Below, one piece after another: positions 18,601 to 25,136 of a stretch of DNA of 25,136 nt. Made by a program: the position numbers and the translations under genes. The notes beneath the pieces are model-generated. The model searched no databases and was not told where the DNA came from. It was given only the letters and a program-made list of their open reading frames with translations. The DNA is from a virus. Its lineage: Duplodnaviria > Caudoviricetes. The stretch spans positions 1 to 25,136 of the IMG/VR virus record IMGVR_UViG_3300009024_000065, one strand, 5' to 3'. The stretch's first letter is position 1, and each line of letters begins with the position of its first letter.

Positions 18601-21600
18601 GTGCCTACTTACCAACTACCCCAAGCAGGTGATAATGTTAGTATTTCTAAAGCAGTAGATGTAAGACCTTCTACTAATCCTGCCCTGCAACTATTAGATT
18701 ATATGACGAGCGAGCGCTATGGTAAAGGACTATCTCTGGAAGACGAAATCGATCTAGATTCTTTCCTTACAGCTGCTAAACTTTGCGACGAGAGATCAAC
18801 AGTATCTGTCGTCGTAGCAAAAACAGTAGGAAATGCTTTATCCGCAGGAGAAAAATTTGAATTCCCTGCAGTAAATAGAACCAATAGTAGCTCTAGTACT
18901 CAGCCCCTTATCTGGAGAGGGACAATAGATAGTATAAGTAATACTGTAGTAACGGGCGACTCTAGTACAGAGTATAAGGTTGTAACCTTTAAAGATTGTA
19001 TAGGACAGTTGATACAAAGAGCAGGTCAAGGGAGAGAAGCGACTAATCATATGTTCTACTACAATGGTGAATATTATGTACGAAGCAGTGATGTATATAA
19101 TTTCCAGGTGGAAACTTTGCCAACTATGGCAACCTCTGGCCCTGTTCTTGGTCAGGTAGGATCTAACAACAGTATCTCATTGGAGCACACTTTCAGCTCT
19201 GGTAACGGTAACCCCATTATTAAAAATTTCGACCCTGTTAATTTAGACTTTAGATATAGTGGATATAGTCTATACGATGCCTCGGAAGTAAAATATTGGA
19301 AATATGTTGGATGGAATGATAGACAGCAACGAAACTGTACTCGCCATCAAATGAACCAAGTTATAGACACTGCTCAGCCTCTGTTTGATAATATAATTCA
19401 AATGGCACAGCAGTTTAACGGTATATTAACTTATACTGCAGGTAAATATGCTCTAAGAATAGCGGGCAGAAAAACAGCTGTAGATAATTTAGAGCAAATT
19501 GGTGAAGAGGATATTATTGGAGGCATTCGTCTTAATGATGGAGGATTGAAGCAAAGTAAAAACTTCATGTCCGCAACTATTATAGATCCACATAATAATT
19601 TTGAAGGCAGAACTGTTTCTTTCTTTGATTCCTCATACTTAAAACAAGATAAAGGAATACCTAAAAAAGGTAGCTCGAGGCTTCCTGGTGTAACAAACTA
19701 TTTCAATGCTCGTATGCAAGTAGAGCAGATGTTGAGAAAATCTCGTTATGGGCTAAAAATTCAATTTACTATTGGACCGAAAGGTAGACTGCTAACAGCA
19801 GGTAGTATTATAGAGATAACGTACTCTCCGTTTAATTTTGACTCCAAAAACTTCAGAATTACGTCTCTACAGTTTAAAGTAAATGGAGAGACAACAGTTA
19901 CGGCAGAAGAGCACAGCGATGAGATCTATACCATAACCGAACCAAGTTCTGACGACAGAATAGATCCAAGTGCGGGCTCTAATAAAAACTATCCAGATAC
20001 TCCTACTATTTCAGGAGCAGCTCAAGTAGGTGCTGAAAGAGCTGGAGAAATTACTTTAGCATTTGCACAACAAGCAGGAGTAACTAAGAGTACAACAGTA
20101 ACAGAAATTTGGCGTAGTAATGTAAATAGTTTAAACAATGAAGTATCTGCAGGTAGTTTTGTGCCTGGACATGAGTATAGAATTACGGAATTAGGTACTA
20201 CAGATTTTACCTTAATAGGTGCTGCTTTAAATACAGTGGGGGAAGTATTTTTCTGTAATGATTCAGGATCTGGTTCAGGTAAAGCTACAAATACTATTTT
20301 AGTCTCTACACAGAAAGATGGTTTATTTAAAGAATCTGTATACTCAGGAATCGGAGCAAGTAATGCTACTTATTACTACTGGTTTAGAAATATAACAGAC
20401 CAGCCCGCCTTTAATATAGCAGGTTCTGCATATAGAAAAATACCTTCCAACTTCTGGCCTAATGCGTCAGTAAGTGGTTATAGTGGTACACAAGGTTTTG
20501 CAGCAACTGCTAAAGCGACTAGAGTAGGTCTTACAAGAATAGATGCAAGCGTAAAAGTATTTACATATGAGAAAGATGGTACTGGAATAGAAAGTGGCAC
20601 ACCTGCTACCTCTACTTTGACTGCAACAATGCTGTCGAGAGCACATTCTGATTCTACTTTAGCCTATGTCTGGAAAAAAGATGGTACTACGATTAACGGT
20701 GAAACCTCTCAAACTTTAACATATACTCCTCCGAATAATATAAGTGATTTGCCAGAAAAAATTACTTGTGAAGTTACGGAAACATTTACGTCGTTTACAG
20801 AAACATACACAGACTCCGAAGTATTTACAGGTACAAAAGTCGGTCAAACAGGTAATAGAGGGGCAGGCGAGTATTATGTACCTGTTAGCAGTCTACCCAC
20901 TAATAATGCTACTGCGGACGCTGCTTGGGATGCAAGCTGGACAAATAGACCTGGTGATGCTATACCTAAAGATATGGCTTACTTCTTTACAGGAACTGAA
21001 ACAAATGCTACAGCAGTAGTTTTATTTATTTACGATGGAACCAACTGGTACAAAGTAGAGCAAAATCAAGATGGCTCAATAATTATTGATAATACTGTTG
21101 GTAATGATCAGTTGGGTGACAATTCTGTACAAAATGATCAAATTGCAGATAATGCTGTACAAAATGATCAAATTGCAGACAATGCTGTACAAAATGATCA
21201 AATTGCAGACAATGCTGTACAAAATGATCAAATTGCAACAGATGCAGTAAATGCAGACTCTTTAGCATCAGACTCTGTAAATGCAAATTCTATATTAGCA
21301 GAAACGATTACGTCCACTGAATTATCAGCAGGCTCTGTAACAACAAATAAAATAGCAGCAAACAATGTAACTGCAGATCATATTACTGCAAACTCTATTG
21401 TATCTACTCTAATGACGGCTGAGAAGATTCAAACAGGTCACTTAGCTGCAGGGTCTGTAACTACAAATACTTTGGCTGCAAATGCTATTACTGCAGATAA
21501 AATAACATCTAACTCTATCGTTTCTACTCTTATCAATGCACAGAGTATTGAGTCTAATCATATTGCGGCAAACTCTATTACCTCTGATAAAATTACAGCT

Positions 21601-24600
21601 AACTCAATAGTATCCACTCTTATTAATGCACAAACTATTGAGTCTAATCACATTGCGGCAAATGCTATTACTGCAGATAAAATAACATCTAACTCTATCG
21701 TATCTAGCTTAATTAGTGCTTCTACTATTACGTCAGATCATATTGGAGCAAATGCTATTACCACCAATGAACTAGCGGCGAACTCTATTACCTCTGCACA
21801 AATTACTGCTAACTCTGTAATTTCTGGTATGATAAATGCTTCTTTAATTAATGCTAACTTTATTGAAGCAAATGCTGTAAATGCTACTTTGATAGAATCT
21901 AACGCGGTGAATGCAAATATTCTTGCTGCAAATGCGGTAACCGCAAATGCTATATCAGCTAACTCAGTAGATGCTAGTGCTATAAATGTAACTAATGTAG
22001 CGGCGGTTAGTGCTGATCTTGGAGACATTACAGCAGGTACTCTTAAAGCTAACGTTAGTAATCCTATTGCTGATGCAGATAATGCTCCTACCGGGTCTGA
22101 GAACGGTGCATTTATTGATCTAAACTATGGTAAGTTCGTATTTGGTGATGCTAATAAATATATTATTTGGGATGGTACCGATTTAACTATTTCGGGTGTA
22201 TCCTTAAATAGTGTATTAATTGATGAGGATTCTCAGATTGATGCCATTGCTGGTATCATCATGCAAGAAGATGGAACACAAGAGTCTGCAGCTAGTCAGG
22301 CAATAAATATTTCAACAGGGCTAAACTTAGCTGTTACCACGGAGACTAATTCAGAGGGAGAAGATGTTAATACTTCCGCAATTACTGTAGATACCACGAC
22401 TATTGCTACAAAAACTTATGTAGATACTCAGGTTTCGGGTATAGTTGACTCCGCTCCAGCAGCTTTAGATACTCTTAATGAGCTAGCCGCGGCTTTAGGG
22501 GATGATGCTAATTTTGCAACTACTACCTCTAATGCACTTGGAAATAGAGTTCAAACTAGTTCCGCACAAGCACTTGCTACTTCCAATGCTCTAAGTATAG
22601 AAAATTCAATAGTAACACTAACAAAAGGTGATGGAACCAATGAATCTGTTACTGTGCCTAACACTACCTACGATTTAACTGTGCCAGAAAGCACCACAAA
22701 AATACGACTAGCAGGTTCAAACGCTACTAATGATGATGTAGAGCTTGTAGGAGGTACAAATGTTGGGGTTGTAAGAACTAATGCAACTACTCTTACTATA
22801 AATGGACCAAGTAATGAGGCTATTCGCGATCTGGCAGCTGGTATGATTACCGCAGGGAGCAATATTACAGTAGTTAACGATGATGCTGCAAATACTGTAA
22901 CCATTACAGGTACTCCAAACACTCAAAGAACAGACGAAGAGATTAGGGATGTAGCAGCTGCATTAATTACAGGAGCTACTCATACTAATATTAGTGTTTC
23001 TCATGATGATGCAAATGATACATTAGCAATTACAGGTACTCCAAACACGCAAAGAACGGATGAAGATATTCGTGATGTTACGGTAGCAATGCTTACGGCA
23101 GGTACAGGTATCACTCTTACTGAAAACGATGCAAATGATACACTTACGGTAACAAATAGTGTAACTGCAAGAACTGACGAAGAAATTAGAGACGTTTCTG
23201 CAGCAATGATTACAGGCGGCTCAAATATTACGGTAACAAAAGATGATAATGCAGATACTGTAACTATTGCTGGTACTCCAAATACTCAACGAAGTGATGA
23301 AGATATTCGTGATGTTACTGTTTCAATGCTTACCGCAGGCACAGGTATTACCCTCACAGAAGATGATGGTGCAGACACTCTTACTGTAGCAACCACCGTA
23401 ACTCCTAGAACTGATGAAGAGATTAGAGATGTTGCAGCTAGTATTATTACAGCAGGTACAAATGTTACAGTAGCTAAAGACGATGATGCAAATACTGTAA
23501 CTATTTCTTCGGCTCTTAGAACAGATGAAGAAATTAGAGATGTTTCTGCTGCAATGCTTACGGCGGGGGACAATATTACAGTAACTAAAAGTGATGCGGC
23601 AGATACTGTAACTATTGCTGGTACTCCAAATACTCAACGAAGTGATGAAGATATTCGTGATGTAGTTGTTGCTATGTTAAGCGGCGGAAATAATATTACA
23701 CTTACTGAAGATGATAGTGCAGACACACTCACCATTGACTCTAGCTTTAACAATACTCAAAGAACTGATGAAGATATTCGTGATGTTACAGTAGCAATGC
23801 TGACAGCAGGTACAAATGTTACTCTTACAGAAGATGACGCAAATGATACTCTTACTATAACAACCCAAGACACTACCTTTACAGCAGGTACTGGTTTAGA
23901 TTTGACCAATACTCAGTTTTCTATTGATAGTACAGTATTAACTACTACAGGTGCTCAAACAGTATCAGGTGTTAAAACTCACTCTGCAAACATAGAATTA
24001 AATAATACAAAAGCTCTAGTATTGAAACATGCAGGAACAGGCACTAACTCAGAGCTTAGTAAAATAGGTGGAGATGCTACAAGATTTTCATATTATGATA
24101 ATTCCTTCATTTTTGATGCGAAAGATAATAATAGTTTACAAGTAAGAAATGCAGATGATTCAACAATATTTAGTGTTAATCCTGTAGCAAATACGTCTAT
24201 TGCAAATAGCAGAGTAACACTAAATCAAGGAAGTCTTAATATTGCAAATGGCGATGTTATTATTAATGCTACTACTCGTATAAATAATGCCGGTGACATG
24301 TCAGCAAGAGATTTATACCAGCTTAGAGCGGATGGATTCCTAGAAACACATGGTGATATTAAACATCGTAAAGCTATTCAAGTTCTGAATTCAGCTGGTA
24401 ATGGTTGGGTTACTTGGCTTGATAGAAATAGCGGAACTCCGAATATACAAAATATCAACGATATTACAATGACTGGGACTCTTAAAGGCCCGGCTAGCTT
24501 TACTATTGATCCTGCTACTCATGGTGACAATACTGGTACTGTTGTTATCGCAGGTAATTTACAAGTTGATGGTACAACTACTACTATCAACTCTACCACT

Positions 24601-25136
24601 CTTGATGTCGATGATCTTAACATTACTGTAGCAAGTGGTGCGGCAGATGCAGCTGCGGCTAATGGAGCAGGTTTAACTGTTGACGGTGCAAATGCTACCT
24701 TTACTTATACTAACACTGATGATAGTTGGAACATGAATAGAGACTTGCGAGTACTTACAACGCAAGGCACCGGTACTTTCATGGTAGGACGCACAGCGAA
24801 TCAGTCTCTAGACTTGCATGTAACAGATACTGTAAACTCGATTACTGCTATACAAGATTCTGACGGAAACGGGGATCACTACTTCCGATTGAATAGAGAT
24901 TTTGATGGCAGTGGTGCAAATGAGTTCGCAATTCAAAAAGACGGTACAAATCAATTAAGTATTGATACAAGTGCAAATGCTACTTTTGCGGGCAATGCTT
25001 ACTTCCCTCAAGGGACAACATCAGCACCTTCTATAGCGTTTACAGGAAGAACAGATACAGGCTTATCCGCAACCGCAAATGGAGACAATGACAATCTTAA
25101 TGTATTAGTAGACGGTACTCGAATAGCTTATTTTAA
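15667..25136 (+). CDS. Giant tail-tip protein: pb3-like baseplate hub fused to central fibre and further fibre modules (3'-truncated, at least 3156 aa)
   Basis: ATG 15667 overlaps the Dit stop (TAATG). Hand translation of frame 1 found no stop up to the window end. Hub motifs include SHWGDF..VSGRLTDDASHRGL, AKHIPVVYGV, CEGEI, LLDTAYA, LQLLDYMTSERYG, YWKYVGW and TNYFNAR...LRKSRY. FN3/Ig-like domains and repeat-rich fibre segments follow. Confidence 0.92.
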   Translation, partial: MTIRKLSSDNTKQTALVSSLTNGDAYAYAHLIKFERANTLSNENFERRERSVNDYVYITDNPYELEYDSVTYLPNSLLSVGTTNEAIKAKASTMKITLDGAYLGVHFQSLKTTVAYNSGNTTGTVTITSPGDSWAESGFSVNDIISLTYTESTTKTVDIRITAISDNGLQISFEADSASILGTAGSSKVFSNVTMSSEHLTSLLTSKLAGYVNYLNRDVTIYSAHINPETRQIIGEPYILFKGIVTNGSVDENVSNSKITWTLTSHWGDFLQVSGRLTDDASHRGLTAGGLSDTTVITRDDYSEDLGFLHANSAFNIAVKYDTIEKSYKQVDINGGWFGGKRLREVETIREQTSVLDFHTQAKHIPVVYGVRKIKPIPVFVDTDDSTSALVYKAEVFCEGEIAGVLDILLDETPTICIDKIDFDIRNTSGTGYDADAVEISCNGNKARGDVLEKTIGDEMETVTIKAGVKRVGKSYRNVYKDIQVPTGFPNQSGATNGVEASSSATGVQHSEYIHWREGTELDGQFQLGKPNQTASELLIQGTENGYKIGNHYFDGTKWDYWGGHHRLLDTAYAALKFKLPLGESQVPRLNYIVKGKLIDCHNYDDSYGPSKNRVDDNNNVITTYTHTATQAYRFEPGDVVDIMNGSSVLHQNVVITERFLEYEPHFKANVYRFKFEGNPISSSTPDQFQIRRSDGSGGYYTYHMELNKKTQFVGTVREKLGCRLEEDQNEHIITGGFSTYRPTSIVLGWKYSTSTNVEHYWKERSLGNGQYRHTLYYAGEEVYNNIGLQGEDEYTSNGITYHRGTQRYNSGGGELRFDIRKENTMGSGSTTRDYGKATALDATVITGDDADLRFFIKRSVNNKPEEVVSVESSLIPITSTTHVELAGNSLQYTQPKITFQGLFQEQYTRLKTFSTWHHVEVTNAIAISSSGASGADDFYKGSTVSYQTTASTGYQWTVTRKVEKYDGTNKIVYFDRPVPTYQLPQAGDNVSISKAVDVRPSTNPALQLLDYMTSERYGKGLSLEDEIDLDSFLTAAKLCDERSTVSVVVAKTVGNALSAGEKFEFPAVNRTNSSSSTQPLIWRGTIDSISNTVVTGDSSTEYKVVTFKDCIGQLIQRAGQGREATNHMFYYNGEYYVRSSDVYNFQVETLPTMATSGPVLGQVGSNNSISLEHTFSSGNGNPIIKNFDPVNLDFRYSGYSLYDASEVKYWKYVGWNDRQQRNCTRHQMNQVIDTAQPLFDNIIQMAQQFNGILTYTAGKYALRIAGRKTAVDNLEQIGEEDIIGGIRLNDGGLKQSKNFMSATIIDPHNNFEGRTVSFFDSSYLKQDKGIPKKGSSRLPGVTNYFNARMQVEQMLRKSRYGLKIQFTIGPKGRLLTAGSIIEITYSPFNFDSKNFRITSLQFKVNGETTVTAEEHSDEIYTITEPSSDDRIDPSAGSNKNYPDTPTISGAAQVGAERAGEITLAFAQQAGVTKSTTVTEIWRSNVNSLNNEVSAGSFVPGHEYRITELGTTDFTLIGAALNTVGEVFFCNDSGSGSGKATNTILVSTQKDGLFKESVYSGIGASNATYYYWFRNITDQPAFNIAGSAYRKIPSNFWPNASVSGYSGTQGFAATAKATRVGLTRIDASVKVFTYEKDGTGIESGTPATSTLTATMLSRAHSDSTLAYVWKKDGTTINGETSQTLTYTPPNNISDLPEKITCEVTETFTSFTETYTDSEVFTGTKVGQTGNRGAGEYYVPVSSLPTNNATADAAWDASWTNRPGDAIPKDMAYFFTGTETNATAVVLFIYDGTNWYKVEQNQDGSIIIDNTVGNDQLGDNSVQNDQIADNAVQNDQIADNAVQNDQIADNAVQNDQIATDAVNADSLASDSVNANSILAETITSTELSAGSVTTNKIAANNVTADHITANSIVSTLMTAEKIQTGHLAAGSVTTNTLAANAITADKITSNSIVSTLINAQSIESNHIAANSITSDKITANSIVSTLINAQTIESNHIAANAITADKITSNSIVSSLISASTITSDHIGANAITTNELAANSITSAQITANSVISGMINASLINANFIEANAVNATLIESNAVNANILAANAVTANAISANSVDASAINVTNVAAVSADLGDITAGTLKANVSNPIADADNAPTGSENGAFIDLNYGKFVFGDANKYIIWDGTDLTISGVSLNSVLIDEDSQIDAIAGIIMQEDGTQESAASQAINISTGLNLAVTTETNSEGEDVNTSAITVDTTTIATKTYVDTQVSGIVDSAPAALDTLNELAAALGDDANFATTTSNALGNRVQTSSAQALATSNALSIENSIVTLTKGDGTNESVTVPNTTYDLTVPESTTKIRLAGSNATNDDVELVGGTNVGVVRTNATTLTINGPSNEAIRDLAAGMITAGSNITVVNDDAANTVTITGTPNTQRTDEEIRDVAAALITGATHTNISVSHDDANDTLAITGTPNTQRTDEDIRDVTVAMLTAGTGITLTENDANDTLTVTNSVTARTDEEIRDVSAAMITGGSNITVTKDDNADTVTIAGTPNTQRSDEDIRDVTVSMLTAGTGITLTEDDGADTLTVATTVTPRTDEEIRDVAASIITAGTNVTVAKDDDANTVTISSALRTDEEIRDVSAAMLTAGDNITVTKSDAADTVTIAGTPNTQRSDEDIRDVVVAMLSGGNNITLTEDDSADTLTIDSSFNNTQRTDEDIRDVTVAMLTAGTNVTLTEDDANDTLTITTQDTTFTAGTGLDLTNTQFSIDSTVLTTTGAQTVSGVKTHSANIELNNTKALVLKHAGTGTNSELSKIGGDATRFSYYDNSFIFDAKDNNSLQVRNADDSTIFSVNPVANTSIANSRVTLNQGSLNIANGDVIINATTRINNAGDMSARDLYQLRADGFLETHGDIKHRKAIQVLNSAGNGWVTWLDRNSGTPNIQNINDITMTGTLKGPASFTIDPATHGDNTGTVVIAGNLQVDGTTTTINSTTLDVDDLNITVASGAADAAAANGAGLTVDGANATFTYTNTDDSWNMNRDLRVLTTQGTGTFMVGRTANQSLDLHVTDTVNSITAIQDSDGNGDHYFRLNRDFDGSGANEFAIQKDGTNQLSIDTSANATFAGNAYFPQGTTSAPSIAFTGRTDTGLSATANGDNDNLNVLVDGTRIAYF
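21091..21240 (+). repeat. 30-bp tandem repeat (NAVQNDQIAD), 4 near-identical copies plus 1 degenerate
   Basis: aatgctgtacaaaatgatcaaattgcagac is exact at 21151 and 21181, has variants at 21121 and 21211, and is degenerate at 21091. Confidence 0.95.
21481..21750 (+). repeat. 90-bp (30-aa) higher-order repeat x3 within the decapeptide array
   Basis: NAITADKITSNSIVSTLINAQSIESNHIAA-like units start at 21481, 21571 and 21661. The first 41 bp of units 1 and 3 are identical. Confidence 0.88.
22807..23877 (+). repeat. Nine ~37-42 aa repeats (RTDE[E/D]IRDV..AM.TAG.NIT.T.DDA.DT.TI)
   Basis: Units start at about 22807, 22927, 23053, 23170, 23290, 23407, 23518, 23638 and 23761. A 65-bp exact DNA duplication links 23251-23315 and 23599-23663. 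Confidence 0.92.

Noticed and set aside
20744-21019. 91-aa + strand ORF in an alternative frame
   Set aside because: It is nested out of frame inside the giant tail-tip ORF, has a GTG start without a convincing RBS and shows no motif.
21091-21240. 30-bp repeats as a possible CRISPR array
   Set aside because: The copies are head-to-tail with no spacers, are in frame and encode a peptide repeat.
23251-23663. 65-bp exact repeat pair as a DGR template/variable repeat or att site
   Set aside because: The copies are identical with no adenine-specific mismatches and both lie within coding repeats. No reverse transcriptase or integrase is present in the window.
2743-23868. The many minus-strand ORFs in the track (e.g. 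11603..12232, 8376..8780, 13193..13591, 21083..21286)
   Set aside because: All lie antisense to well-supported + strand genes and have no recognisable motifs. Their composition simply mirrors the sense codon bias or repeats, so they are shadow ORFs.
20340-25136. Frequent N-x-S/T sequons in the fibre, suggesting glycosylation
   Set aside because: The region is very rich in Asn, Ser and Thr, so the count seems explainable by composition. No glycosyltransferase is present in the window, and a formal enrichment test would be needed.
25134-25136. Terminal TAA as the stop codon of the giant ORF
   Set aside because: It is out of frame: frame 1 ends ...TAT TTT AA, so the ORF continues beyond the window.
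1-25136. Alternative genetic code, tRNAs, introns or inteins
   Set aside because: Genes tile densely under the standard code, with TAA, TAG and TGA all used as stops. Intergenic gaps are short and explained by regulatory elements, and no tRNA, intein or intron signature was seen.

Overview
This window is the virion morphogenesis module of a T5-like (Demerecviridae-related) siphophage, AT-rich and encoded entirely on the + strand. The gene order follows T5: 3' end of the large terminase, HNH endonuclease, portal, a small basic protein in the slot of T5's decoration gene, prohead protease plus major capsid protein, head completion, tail completion, tail terminator, tail tube, baseplate tube, tail chaperone pair, tape measure, distal tail, then a giant tail-tip ORF. 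That last ORF (15667..>25136, at least 3156 codons) is missing from the ORF track because it runs off the window. Four features stand out. (1) Protease and capsid share one reading frame, with a strong internal RBS/ATG at 2809. (2) The chaperone pair is offset by +1 at a UUU_CGU site, not the canonical -1. (3) A perfect sigma70 promoter lies about 20 nt upstream of an intrinsic terminator. (4) The tail-tip ORF fuses a pb3-like hub, a pb4/J-like fibre and side-fibre-type modules with several repeat arrays. All family assignments rest on motif recognition and synteny from memory; no database search was run.
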